From Pseudomonadales bacterium (GTDB lineage: Bacteria; Pseudomonadota; Gammaproteobacteria; Pseudomonadales; CAWVSB01): a DNA stretch of 64,000 bases. The position numbers were made by a program, and so were the translations under genes. Of this stretch, positions 41,267 through 51,206 are shown one piece after another. Within the stretch, counting starts at the first letter, position 1. The number at the start of each line of letters is the position of its first letter. The stretch lies in NCBI GenBank assembly GCA_036960375.1, contig JBALVY010000001.1, positions 716,906 to 780,905 of the forward strand. Reading direction: 5' to 3'. A model generated the notes under the pieces. That model had not been told where the DNA came from and ran no database searches. It saw nothing but the letters and a program-made list of their open reading frames with translations.

Positions 41267-42322
41267 ATGCACAGCCTTTTAGAAAAAATAATAAAAACTA
41301 ACGGTATAAAATTACATATTGTTACGCAGGGTAAAGGCCCTCTGGTTATCTTTTGTCACGGCTTTCCAGGACATTGGTCACATTGGCGCCATCAGCTGGC
41401 TGCGGTGGCCACTGCGGGTTTTACCGGTGTTGCCGTCGATATGCGGGGTTATGGAGAGAGTTCTCGTCCTTCATTACTCGCCGATTACAATATGGACCAA
41501 CAAGTGGCAGACATGCTTGGCCTGTTGCAGGCTCTGGATGCAGAAAAAGCCATATTTGTCGGCCAGGATTTCGGCGCGCCATTGGTATGGAATATGGCGA
41601 TTAGGGAACCCTCCTGTGTTGTCGGCGTCGTGGGTATCAGTGTGCCCTTCGACCACGATTATTATGGCCGCAGTTGTCTAGGGCATTTGGCTGCTGACGA
41701 ATTATCAGAAGAAGCGCTGAGCAGTCTGTTAGTGGCCTCTCCCGTTAATCCTCCAAGTACGGGTTTTAATGCTATAGCTGAGCATCAGTTTTTTCATGCA
41801 CATTATTTTCAAGCCGAAGGGCTAGCCGACAAAGAGCTTGGGGAGAATGCCAGGGAGTTTCTGTCACGTATCTATTGGGGCTTGAGTGCCAATGGCAGCC
41901 TAGGTGATTGGGCAGATTATCCTTCTGCTGGAACACAATATCTCGACGTTCTTCCGCAGGCTCCTGGCTTGCCCTGGCCCTGGATGAGCGAACAAGATAT
42001 GGATCTCATAGAGAGAGCCTACTTAACAACTGGCAGCGATAGCGCCTTTATTGGTGGTTTGGCTAGTTATCGTGTGGCCGATATTAATTGGCATATCGGT
42101 GACAAATATGCAGCGCTAAATGTTGAAGTGCCGGCCCTGTTTATCGCTGGAGAGAATGATCCCGTTATGGCATCTGTTAATGACGCGACGCTGGATAGAA
42201 TGAAGCAGCGTGTACCCGATTTACGCGGGATTAAAATTATTCCTGATGCCGGACATTTTGTGCAGCTGGAAAATGCCAATCTGACGAGCGCGGCTATAGT
42301 GAATTTTATTGCTGGTCTTTAG
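41267..42322 (+). CDS. Alpha/beta hydrolase, epoxide hydrolase-like
   Basis: HGFP oxyanion motif, DMRGYG, nucleophile GQDFGA, GENDPV and AGHFVQ. Confidence 0.9.
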   Translation: MHSLLEKIIKTNGIKLHIVTQGKGPLVIFCHGFPGHWSHWRHQLAAVATAGFTGVAVDMRGYGESSRPSLLADYNMDQQVADMLGLLQALDAEKAIFVGQDFGAPLVWNMAIREPSCVVGVVGISVPFDHDYYGRSCLGHLAADELSEEALSSLLVASPVNPPSTGFNAIAEHQFFHAHYFQAEGLADKELGENAREFLSRIYWGLSANGSLGDWADYPSAGTQYLDVLPQAPGLPWPWMSEQDMDLIERAYLTTGSDSAFIGGLASYRVADINWHIGDKYAALNVEVPALFIAGENDPVMASVNDATLDRMKQRVPDLRGIKIIPDAGHFVQLENANLTSAAIVNFIAGL

Positions 42323-42484
42323 ATGAAAGCGCCTGAAAAGGCGGCTTAGTCCTTTCCCCTCGGGCCAGTTGGTAAGCGGAATACGATGGTCGTCAAAAGC
42401 TATCTTGGCAATAGTCAGGGCTAGTCGGGCGGGTTCTCCGCGACCACCGTCAAAATCAAAGTAAGAGAGTTTGAGTTTGTGCAT
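42323..42484 (-). pseudogene. Truncated glutathione S-transferase (N-terminal fragment)
   Basis: MHKLKLSYFDFDGGRGEPARLAL...FDDHRI...WPE is a GST N-terminus with a GAAGG RBS; similarity stops after about 50 codons at the convergent hydrolase gene. Confidence 0.8.
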
Positions 42485-42625
42485 ATATCGTCACCTTCAG
42501 TGATTTTTGAGGCCCAATGAGACCTTAGATCAATTTTCAGGAGTTATCACTCAAAAGTCTTATCTGACCATACTTATTCTATCTGTTAAAGTAGCGCCAA
42601 ACATACTTGAATCAGGAATACCCGC

Positions 42626-43969
42626 TTGTCGCTGCTTAACGAATTGCCCTTGCATAAACAATTGTTCAAAGCCCTCGATAAACTCGGCTTTACAGAGGCA
42701 ACTGCGGTGCAGTCACAGGCTATTCCCGCTGCTTTGGCAGGCAAAGACCTGATGGTATCAGCACAAACAGGCAGCGGAAAAACAGCGGCATTTTTACTGC
42801 CTGTGCTGGAGCGTATGCTGGCACAGGACGTACCCAATAGTGGTACCCGGGTGCTGATTTTGTTGCCTACGCGTGAATTGGCACTGCAAACACAAAAACA
42901 CTTCGAGCAGTTGGCGGAATTTACCTATATCAAGTGTGGCCTGATCATTGGTGGCGAGGCCTTCAAACATCAGGTAGCGACGCTGCGAAAAAACCCGGAA
43001 GTATTGATCGCCACCCCCGGTCGTTTAGTTGAGCATATTGAAAAAGGCACGCCAGATTTCAAGAGCCTCGAGATTCTGGTGCTCGATGAAGCCGACCGCA
43101 TGCTGGATATGGGCTTTGCTGTCGACATGCATACTATCTCCAGTAGTTGTAATAAAGACCGACAAAATTTGTTGTTCTCTGCCACCTTAAGACATAAGGG
43201 TTTAGGGCGAGTTACTGAGACGTTTAAGGACCCGCAGTCGATAGAAGTAGACTCTCACCGGCAGCAACACAGTCATATCAAACAGCAGCGCATATTGGCT
43301 GACGATATCAAACACAAAGAAAAGCTGGTCGCCGCGCTGATTACCGAAGAAGAGGCGCGCAAGGTCATGGTGTTTTGCAATACCCGTGTACAGTGCGAAC
43401 AATTAAGCCACCTGCTGCGCTACAAAAAATTCAAGGTGAATTATATTCACGGTGAGATATCGCAAAACGACCGCAAGCAGATAATGAATCAGTTCAGGCA
43501 GGGTGGTTTAGAGGTGCTGGTGGCGACAGATCTGGCGGCTCGAGGTCTGGATATAGACGGAGTGGATTTGGTGATTAATTTCACCATCGCGCAGTCGGGC
43601 GATGATCATGTTCACCGAGTAGGGCGTACCGGTCGGGCGGGACATGAGGGCAAAGCGATAACGCTGGTGAGTGCCAGTGAATGGAATGCCATGTCTGGCA
43701 TCGAGCGTTATTTGAAAATTCGATTTGAGTCGCGTGCAATTAGTGGGCTGAAGGCGGAATACAGTGGCCCCAAGAAAGTCAAATCATCGGGCAAAGCGGC
43801 GGGCTCAAAGAAGAAAAAAATCGAGGCAAAAAAGACCAAAGCCGTAAAGAAAAAGGCGACCAAGAAAACCTCGAAGAAAAAGCCTCCTGCACCGCGAGGC
43901 GAGTCATCGAATAGCGGCACGACACAGGAAAGCAACGACGGCTTCGGAGTATTGCGTAAGAAGAAATAA
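42626..43969 (+). CDS. DEAD-box RNA helicase (SrmB-like)
   Basis: Q motif, AQTGSGKT, PTRELA, TPGR, DEAD, SAT, ARGLD and HRVGRTGR; Lys-rich tail; TTG start. Confidence 0.95.
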   Translation: MSLLNELPLHKQLFKALDKLGFTEATAVQSQAIPAALAGKDLMVSAQTGSGKTAAFLLPVLERMLAQDVPNSGTRVLILLPTRELALQTQKHFEQLAEFTYIKCGLIIGGEAFKHQVATLRKNPEVLIATPGRLVEHIEKGTPDFKSLEILVLDEADRMLDMGFAVDMHTISSSCNKDRQNLLFSATLRHKGLGRVTETFKDPQSIEVDSHRQQHSHIKQQRILADDIKHKEKLVAALITEEEARKVMVFCNTRVQCEQLSHLLRYKKFKVNYIHGEISQNDRKQIMNQFRQGGLEVLVATDLAARGLDIDGVDLVINFTIAQSGDDHVHRVGRTGRAGHEGKAITLVSASEWNAMSGIERYLKIRFESRAISGLKAEYSGPKKVKSSGKAAGSKKKKIEAKKTKAVKKKATKKTSKKKPPAPRGESSNSGTTQESNDGFGVLRKKK

Positions 43970-43970
43970 T

Positions 43971-43994
43971 GCCCACCTTCAATAGAGGATGGGC
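43971..43994. terminator. Stem-loop between convergent genes
   Basis: GCCCACCTTC-AATA-GAGGATGGGC imperfect hairpin right after the helicase stop. Confidence 0.45.
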
Positions 43995-44019
43995 TAGGTA
44001 GCGGTTCCTCAGTATTTTA

Positions 44020-45201
44020 TTAGGACGTGGGCACGGAATGTTTCTCCGGTAGATGCCTGTTGACAAAGTACATGGGCACCAGGCTACAAACAAACAGAGC
44101 AATGGTGAGCCAGATAACATAATCATAGCCGCCTCCTGCTAATGCAAAGGCCGCCATGGCAGGGCCGGCCGAGTTGCCCAACAAATTGGTGAACTGCCCC
44201 GCGACAACAACGGTTCCAGTGCTGTCCAGGTCGGCTTGCATGCTCAAAAAGTACGGCCAAGTGAAGGCCCAGGCCACTGACCAAATAGTAAAACCTATCC
44301 AGTAGCCCGTTACCGTCGGGCTGTATATTAGTATCAACATAGCCACTATCTGAGCCAATATACCCATTCCCATGGGTTTCATATGGCCGAATTTATCTTG
44401 CAGCCATACAACTAATAAGGCGCCGATAACGGATATCGCGCTTGCCAGTGACAGAGCGTTGCCTGTTGCTTCAAGACTTAGACCGGCACTAAGTCCTATG
44501 CGGTCTGCGTAGGCATATATTGCTGCGTTGGCCGCCCCGTAAAGACAAAGCCCCAGCAAAGAAAAGAACGCCGCTGCCTGCAGTAGTAGCCGCCATTCTA
44601 CTTGCGCTTGATCCGTTGTATTTTGTTGGGTCTTATCGTCCACGCGATAGTTTGTGTATAACGGTACAAATAAGAGTAGAGCCCCTTCCAAGGCTATCAG
44701 GATGAGCATTAATCCGGTATAGCCGATGTCTGGCAATATACCCGGCAGTAGAAAAAAGGCCAGCGCCGGCAGTAAAAACTGAAAGCCGATATAGATACCA
44801 TAGCCTTTATCGGAGCTTGGGAGTCGGGCAATTGCGGCAACCACGGCGGCCCCCACCGCGCCGCCGGCCATGCCGGATAAGAAACGTAAGCCACAAAAAA
44901 TTACCAGTGAGGGCTGAAACAGTGAGAGCAGGTCAAACACAACCATACCTGCCAGACCAAAGCCAGCAATGCGCTCTAGCGGCCAGTGGCGAGTTTTCAG
45001 CGATACGATTAAAGTCATCACGGTGACGCCGGCGAGATTAATGCTGGAGATCCAACCCGCAGTGTCCTCTGCGTAGCCAAGATGGTCGACATAGGCGCCA
45101 ACCAGCAGCGGTAGCAGCATCAAGGAGGACAGTGCTACTGTTCCCATCGTGCTCAGGAGGCAGAGACTGGTAGCGCCATTGGGATCGAGAGATCGGAACA
45201 T
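44020..45201 (-). CDS. MFS transporter
   Basis: About 12 hydrophobic segments; LRFLSGMAGG and AYADRIG motifs. Confidence 0.88.
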   Translation of the reverse strand: MFRSLDPNGATSLCLLSTMGTVALSSLMLLPLLVGAYVDHLGYAEDTAGWISSINLAGVTVMTLIVSLKTRHWPLERIAGFGLAGMVVFDLLSLFQPSLVIFCGLRFLSGMAGGAVGAAVVAAIARLPSSDKGYGIYIGFQFLLPALAFFLLPGILPDIGYTGLMLILIALEGALLLFVPLYTNYRVDDKTQQNTTDQAQVEWRLLLQAAAFFSLLGLCLYGAANAAIYAYADRIGLSAGLSLEATGNALSLASAISVIGALLVVWLQDKFGHMKPMGMGILAQIVAMLILIYSPTVTGYWIGFTIWSVAWAFTWPYFLSMQADLDSTGTVVVAGQFTNLLGNSAGPAMAAFALAGGGYDYVIWLTIALFVCSLVPMYFVNRHLPEKHSVPTS

Positions 45202-45317
45202 GTTAGTCTCTTATCGTATTTATTGATTCATGCAGTCTAGGCCTTCAAACAGCGCTACGCTATAACACTATAGGGTAACTAAGTACTGGCTTGTCAGGAC
45301 TAGTTTTTCAGAGGGGG

Positions 45318-45734
45318 ATGGCATTGATGTTAAAACAAACACATTTATGCATAGGTCTTGTTGGCTTGGCTTTGTTTTTGCTGTCGGGTCAGTATTTTGC
45401 GTTGCAGATGGGAGGGCTACAGGACCTTGAAGATACGCCGCGGCTATTGCTGAGAACCTCACATGTGTATTTGTTTTTTTCCAGTATGATCAATATCACA
45501 CTCGGTCTGTATTTTGTGCAGTCGCTAAGGCTGAAGTGGTATACAGTGTTGAATCACTGCTTGGTATTGGTCTCGCCCGTGCTGCTTGTTTACAGTCTGG
45601 TTTTTGAAGCTTTTAACAATACTGGCATCGAACGAGAGTTGGGTAAGCTGGGTGTCATAGTGCTCTTTGCCTGGATTTTGAATGTCTTTTTAGGCAAGGC
45701 GCTGGGCTTTCTACTCGTCAAATTCCGCTCTTAG
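45318..45734 (+). CDS. Hypothetical four-TM membrane protein
   Basis: Four hydrophobic segments with His residues (QTHL, TSHVY, NHC); GAGGGG RBS. Confidence 0.7.
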   Translation: MALMLKQTHLCIGLVGLALFLLSGQYFALQMGGLQDLEDTPRLLLRTSHVYLFFSSMINITLGLYFVQSLRLKWYTVLNHCLVLVSPVLLVYSLVFEAFNNTGIERELGKLGVIVLFAWILNVFLGKALGFLLVKFRS

Positions 45735-47959
45735 CCTGTTGGGCGCACGAAGATAGGTGATGACCATGCCCGTTGTTCGGTAGGTGCCAGGCAATCATCA
45801 TCCAATGCCGTACGCACATCGGCATAGCAGGGGTTTACCGCGATACATTGACCGCTTTCATCGTACTCGCAGCGTAAACCCGCGCCGTTGACCGCCGGAG
45901 TGGCCTCTTGAATGGCGCGCGCGTAATAGATGGCTTCCCGCCCCATTGCCGCATACTCAGGGTCGCTGAAGGTCGCCTCACAACCGCTACCGTCTGCGCT
46001 GCAAGCTATGACACGCCAAGGGTCCTCAATCAACTCATCTACCGGTTCGCCCGGGGTAATCTGTGGTGTGATGCGCACTATCTCGAGCCGGCTAATGGGG
46101 TGCCGTTCATCCGAGGGGTTACTGCATTCGTTATGGCAAAGTTTTTCCAGTCGCGCACTACCCAACGCATCAACGGCATAGTCGGGGCAGCCCGGAAGTT
46201 GTTTTTGACTACCAGCAGCACGTACTCTGAATTCTGGTGTGCTATCGACAAGGGCCTCGCTACCCATTGCGACGGTTTTGCCTTTACTGTCTTTGAGTAA
46301 ATTGAACCAGAGCAGTATCTTGGGGCCAGAAGTACCGTAAATTTCCTTGCGCTGTAGCGCGTCCCAGACTTGTTCTCTGCTGCGGTCTTCGCTGTGCACC
46401 GCGATAAGGCCACCGGTCAGAAACATGGATGAGCCACGTTCCCAATTAAAGAAATTGAAATGCGGTTGGGTGACTTCGATATCGTCGCGGCCGAAGCTTT
46501 CTACGCCCGCTTTGCCATTATGATTGTAGATGCGCTCGCGCCACAGATGATCTTGCGGGCCGGACGCTTCGGTCATCTGGCGGCGATCGTATTCCTTGTA
46601 ACCGGTGCCGGGGCGGGCCGAGTGATTGTCACTGGAGGCCATAAAGCCGAACCGAAAGCGTTTGGGTTCGGCTTCATCGAAATTGGTGATGGCCATGGCA
46701 TATTGTGCCGAGGTTCCCGGGCGGTGATTAAATGCCGGGGTAAAACAGTCGGTACATTGGCCGCAATTTCCCCAATCTTCCGTGCTTTCACCGTCGATAC
46801 TGCGGTGGCCGGCAGGGCCAAGCTCCAGGTAATTCATGCGTGCCTTGCTGATGGCTTGCTGGCAACTGGCAGCCAGTGGGTCGTCACAGCGTTGTTGAAT
46901 AATTTCACCCGCTCGCCAGCAGCATGCTTCGTAGCCATCTTGTGGCTCGGGACAAAATGCTGTGCCATCATCATTCCATTCTATGGCACGCCATGGGCGG
47001 TGTTCTTCCGAATTACCGTGGCCGGAATAGACTTCAATCATGGTCTGGTATTTTGGGTCATGCATTTTGCCAGCCAGTTGTTTGTCCCAGGTGGCGCCAA
47101 GCGGGGTATAGAGGCCCCAGCTATTGCCATGCGGAATAACGATGGAATCCAGTCCCCACTGGTCCAGTTTGGCAAATAATTTATCCGGTGTTGTCGCGGT
47201 TTCGGTGCAATCGACGGGCAGGTCAGGGCTGTTGATGTCTTCCGCGCAGGCAGGAACGCTGGTCATATCAACCAGCATAGTAAAATAATTCAGATAATCG
47301 CGGGTATTGGGTACATCAACTAAGGGCCACTTCAGCATGTCCATTAACATGGATTTTTCATCTACAAGACCCTCAAAGAGGTCGTCTTTGCCAGCCCCTG
47401 AATTAATGACTCGGGCGGGCAGTTTGTCGTCATCAAGGTATTTGAAAACCACGTTTTTGTGGCCGTAATGTTTCTCCGGTGTGCGGCCTATCTGGGTCCA
47501 CTCCCAGCCGGCAAAAGTGATGAGGTCGGACTGTGAGCCTTGACCGGCAATTGCATCGCATTGTTGCAGGCTTTTTTTCGTCTCTGCCCAAATTCTGGGG
47601 GTTATCGAAATGGCGTGGTCATTAATACTCCAGAAGTCCAGATCGGAGCAGTAGCGTGCGTAGTCACAGGCATCACCTATTGGATGCAAACCTTCGTTCT
47701 GCATCATGGGCAGCGTAAATTGATAGGCGTCCAAAGAGTAGGTGGTGTGAACGTGCAGATCACCGAATAAAATTTGCTTTTCGGTCGCGGCGGGCCACTG
47801 CTTGATGACCGACTGTTGCGCAATCTCCCGCTGACTAACGACCTCATCAGGTAGTGCCTGACCAGTAATTTCACCTGGCCCGGGTGGCTCGCCGCAGGCA
47901 ATTAGAGTCAGAGCTATTAGACTGGTCAGTAATTTGTGCATACGGATCTCAGTGTTCAT
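45731..47959 (-). CDS. DUF3604 family lipoprotein (PHP-like metallohydrolase)
   Basis: Lipobox LIAC; FGDLHVHT, INDH, GWEWT, IPHG, SSDNH, YGTSGP, YYARAIQ and RAWSSPIF motifs. Confidence 0.87.
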   Translation of the reverse strand: MNTEIRMHKLLTSLIALTLIACGEPPGPGEITGQALPDEVVSQREIAQQSVIKQWPAATEKQILFGDLHVHTTYSLDAYQFTLPMMQNEGLHPIGDACDYARYCSDLDFWSINDHAISITPRIWAETKKSLQQCDAIAGQGSQSDLITFAGWEWTQIGRTPEKHYGHKNVVFKYLDDDKLPARVINSGAGKDDLFEGLVDEKSMLMDMLKWPLVDVPNTRDYLNYFTMLVDMTSVPACAEDINSPDLPVDCTETATTPDKLFAKLDQWGLDSIVIPHGNSWGLYTPLGATWDKQLAGKMHDPKYQTMIEVYSGHGNSEEHRPWRAIEWNDDGTAFCPEPQDGYEACCWRAGEIIQQRCDDPLAASCQQAISKARMNYLELGPAGHRSIDGESTEDWGNCGQCTDCFTPAFNHRPGTSAQYAMAITNFDEAEPKRFRFGFMASSDNHSARPGTGYKEYDRRQMTEASGPQDHLWRERIYNHNGKAGVESFGRDDIEVTQPHFNFFNWERGSSMFLTGGLIAVHSEDRSREQVWDALQRKEIYGTSGPKILLWFNLLKDSKGKTVAMGSEALVDSTPEFRVRAAGSQKQLPGCPDYAVDALGSARLEKLCHNECSNPSDERHPISRLEIVRITPQITPGEPVDELIEDPWRVIACSADGSGCEATFSDPEYAAMGREAIYYARAIQEATPAVNGAGLRCEYDESGQCIAVNPCYADVRTALDDDCLAPTEQRAWSSPIFVRPTG

Positions 47960-48046
47960 TATTTTGAGTCAATGATACAGATGAATATCTCTTTACTGGT
48001 GCGCCATCCGGTTGGAGCCAAAGCGATTCGTCGAATCGCTATACCA

Positions 48047-49312
48047 CTATAGCTGAGAAAATTTGACGAGCTTGGTTTCCAGCGCGTCGATGTCGCCCTC
48101 TGGTAGAAGAAAGCGCCAATAAACAATGCCGCCTTCTCGCCCTTCGGTGTCGAGCCAATTTTTATGTCCTGGGTCCTGATGGGCTACTACAATTGTGAAG
48201 CTTCCATCTTCAGCGATTTCCATTTGACGCTTGTTCAGTGATACCTGCCGGTAACGGTAGTCTAGTGACTGCAAGTATTTGTTCCACAAGAGTACGTTGG
48301 CAAACAAGCAGCCGGGCATCTTACCCTTGATGATCAGGGCTTCATCGGCGGATAACTGGAATAGCCCTGCGGAGTAGGCGTTGTCCAGCGCGCCCCAGCC
48401 ACCACCGCCTTTTTCATTAACCCATTTTGCAGGTTGTCCCATGGTATTGGGAATTAGTGAAAACCAGTCGGGTGTATCAAGCGGGTTCATCAGGGGGCGG
48501 TCAATACTGTTGGCGCGGATAAATCCGTCCAGCGAGCGAATTTTGCGAGCGATACTGGCATCATCAGGCAGCGGGGGTGGAGCAACCGGCTGCTCCGGCT
48601 GTATGCGAATTACTGGCTGAATGTCGGGATCGGCAGCGGCATAAGTTTCGTTCATATAATAATGACGGGAAATAATCGATACGGTGTCGGCGGTTGTGGT
48701 TACGGTATTGGGGCCGCTCACATTAGGGCCGATGAGAATTGACCAGCTGCCATTTTCGTCCGTTGTGAATTGCTGGCTATTCACCGCGTTAGCGACGCCG
48801 GTAGCCCAGCTGCCTGGCTCGGTGCCGGTATGCAGAGTCATTGAAATATACACCTCACCGGTATTTTTTCCTCGCACGATGTAATTACGGTCACCTAAAA
48901 TTGATGCGTGAAAGTAATAAGCGTCAGCATTGTCTCCCATCAGTTTACGGGTGGGGGAAACAATCTGTGCCATCTCTGGTCGCTCGGGATCGCCTTCGAC
49001 AAATAGCTCAATGCCGGTAGCAAGAAGGTGCTGAAGATAGCGGTAAGCATCGGCTATATCGGTGGAGTTGGGTGCAACAAATCCTCTGTGGATATAATCC
49101 TGATCGTAGGCATTGAGGGTGGACTGCAGATCGCGTAAAGCTTTCTCTGCCTCAGTAGCGTCGGCCGGTAAGTCCTGGTCGAGGCAAACCATGTCGCGTT
49201 GCCCCAGACGCCCGCCGGCATAGCCGCCAAGCGCGCCCACTACGGCACCGATACCGATGCCCTTGAACAGGTGACGTCTGGAGGGGTTAGCGGGCGAGAT
49301 AGAGTCTGACAT
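48047..49312 (-). CDS. Tat-exported DUF1214-domain protein
   Basis: Twin-arginine SRRHLFK; DNADAYY, SLDYRYR and DGSFTIVVAHQDPGHKNWLDT motifs. Confidence 0.82.
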   Translation of the reverse strand: MSDSISPANPSRRHLFKGIGIGAVVGALGGYAGGRLGQRDMVCLDQDLPADATEAEKALRDLQSTLNAYDQDYIHRGFVAPNSTDIADAYRYLQHLLATGIELFVEGDPERPEMAQIVSPTRKLMGDNADAYYFHASILGDRNYIVRGKNTGEVYISMTLHTGTEPGSWATGVANAVNSQQFTTDENGSWSILIGPNVSGPNTVTTTADTVSIISRHYYMNETYAAADPDIQPVIRIQPEQPVAPPPLPDDASIARKIRSLDGFIRANSIDRPLMNPLDTPDWFSLIPNTMGQPAKWVNEKGGGGWGALDNAYSAGLFQLSADEALIIKGKMPGCLFANVLLWNKYLQSLDYRYRQVSLNKRQMEIAEDGSFTIVVAHQDPGHKNWLDTEGREGGIVYWRFLLPEGDIDALETKLVKFSQL

Positions 49313-49398
49313 GGCGAGCACCTTCGTATGAGTTGGCATCGCCTGATTATTGTCTAATTTCGCCCTGTTTGTACTTACCGACTGTTAATGACTTGACG

Positions 49399-50679
49399 CT
49401 ACAGAGTGGCGAATACCTTATGTGCCGCGTTGAGGGTTTGATCTATGACTTCCGCGCTGTGTGCTGCACTGACAAAACCGGCTTCGTAGCAGGCCGGGGC
49501 CAGATAGACTCCGCGTTCGAGCATGCCATGGAAGAAACGGTTATAGCGTTCACTATTACAGGCCATGACCTGGCTATAGTTGGTAATCTTTTCGGCTTCG
49601 GTAAAAAATATGCCAAACATCGAGCCAACATGATTAGTTGTCAACGGAATACCGGCATCGCGAGCCAGTCGTTCAAAATCTGTGGCCAGTTCATGAGTGG
49701 CCTCAAAAATAGGCTGATAAAAGTTTTTTGCGCTGATCAGTTCCAGAGTTTTTAAACCGGCAGCCATAGTCACAGGATTGCCGGCCAGAGTGCCTGCTTG
49801 GTAAACCGGACCCAGCGGCGCCAGTTGCTCCATGATCTCGCGTTTACCGCCAAAAGCACCTACCGGCATGCCGCCGCCCATGACTTTGCCTAGCGTGGTT
49901 AAATCAGCTTCAATGTTGTAATGACCTTGAGCGCCGGTCAAACCCAGACGAAAGCCGGTCATGACCTCGTCCATAATAAGCAGGCCACCGTATGCCGTGC
50001 ACTGTTCGCGCAATGTTTCCAGGAAGCCAGGGATAGGCGGAACACAACTCATGTTGCCGGCGACAGGCTCGACAATGATGCAGGCTACTTGATCACCGAT
50101 TTCGGCAAATGCCTGCTTAACGCCTTCTATATCATTGTAGGTGAGAGTAATGGTATCTGCGGCCAGAGCGGCGGGGACTCCTGGCGAGCTGGGTACGCCA
50201 AAGGTCAGTGCGCCGGAACCGGCTTTGATTAATAGCGAGTCCGAGTGGCCGTGATAACAGCCTTCAAATTTGACGATTTTGTCGCGTCCGGTATAAGCTC
50301 GAGCCAGTCGAATTGCGCTCATGGTGGCTTCGGTGCCCGAGTTAACCATGCGTACCATGTCCATATTGGGCATGATCTCGCAAACGCGATCAGCCAGCGC
50401 CGTTTCGATCTCAGTGGGAGTACCAAAACTCAGGCCGCATCGCACTTTTTGAATGACGGCATCGATAACATCGGGATGTGAATGCCCAAGAATCATCGGT
50501 CCCCATGACTGTACATAGTCGATATACGTTTCCCCGTCGGCATCATAGAGAAAGGCGCCCTCGGCACGCTCTACAAATACCGGCGTACCACCAACGGCTT
50601 TGAAGGCTCGCACGGGAGAATTTACGCCGCCGGGAATATGTTTTTGCGCGGCTTCAAATAGTTCTTTAGATCGACTCAT
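49399..50679 (-). CDS. hemL: Glutamate-1-semialdehyde 2,1-aminomutase
   Basis: [38 protein letters not shown] and [10 protein letters not shown] motifs. Confidence 0.98.
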   Translation of the reverse strand: MSRSKELFEAAQKHIPGGVNSPVRAFKAVGGTPVFVERAEGAFLYDADGETYIDYVQSWGPMILGHSHPDVIDAVIQKVRCGLSFGTPTEIETALADRVCEIMPNMDMVRMVNSGTEATMSAIRLARAYTGRDKIVKFEGCYHGHSDSLLIKAGSGALTFGVPSSPGVPAALAADTITLTYNDIEGVKQAFAEIGDQVACIIVEPVAGNMSCVPPIPGFLETLREQCTAYGGLLIMDEVMTGFRLGLTGAQGHYNIEADLTTLGKVMGGGMPVGAFGGKREIMEQLAPLGPVYQAGTLAGNPVTMAAGLKTLELISAKNFYQPIFEATHELATDFERLARDAGIPLTTNHVGSMFGIFFTEAEKITNYSQVMACNSERYNRFFHGMLERGVYLAPACYEAGFVSAAHSAEVIDQTLNAAHKVFATL

Positions 50680-50773
50680 GGTGTTTTGCTCTGGCTTCGC
50701 TGTGATCAGGCTTGCATTATCGCCGTCACTGTCGGCAGCCGCAAGTTTGTCTAGGCTGGCTGTGATACTTATT

Positions 50774-51193
50774 CTAAAAGGGCCGTACCACCACCAGGAT
50801 GACGATGGCTAATAATAAAAACACGGGGGCTTCGTTAAACCATCGGTAAAAGATATGGCTGCGAATATTTTCTCCGGCTGCCAGCTGCTTTACCATGTGG
50901 CCGCACATCAAATGGTAGGCTATCAGTAGTATCACACCTATCATTTTGGCATGAAACCAGGCGCTGGCCAGAAAATATTCTGTATTCATTGCAAAAGCAG
51001 CAACTCCCAGTGCTACCGTCAAGACGGCATTCATACTGGTGAAACGATAAAGCTTGCCTTCCATGACTGACAGCTGTGCACGCACGGCAGAGTCTTCGTT
51101 CATCGCATGATAGACAAAAAGTCTGGGTAAATAGAATATGCCGGCGAACCAGCAGACGACAAATATAATGTGAAACGCTTTAATCCAGAGCAT
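50774..51193 (-). CDS. hemJ: Protoporphyrinogen oxidase HemJ
   Basis: [30 protein letters not shown] and LVVVRPF motifs. Confidence 0.93.
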   Translation of the reverse strand: MLWIKAFHIIFVVCWFAGIFYLPRLFVYHAMNEDSAVRAQLSVMEGKLYRFTSMNAVLTVALGVAAFAMNTEYFLASAWFHAKMIGVILLIAYHLMCGHMVKQLAAGENIRSHIFYRWFNEAPVFLLLAIVILVVVRPF

Positions 51194-51206
51194 AAAGGCC
51201 TTGTAT

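Noticed and set aside
46460-47179. 239-aa plus-strand ORF within the DUF3604 gene
   Set aside because: Antisense shadow with no motifs.
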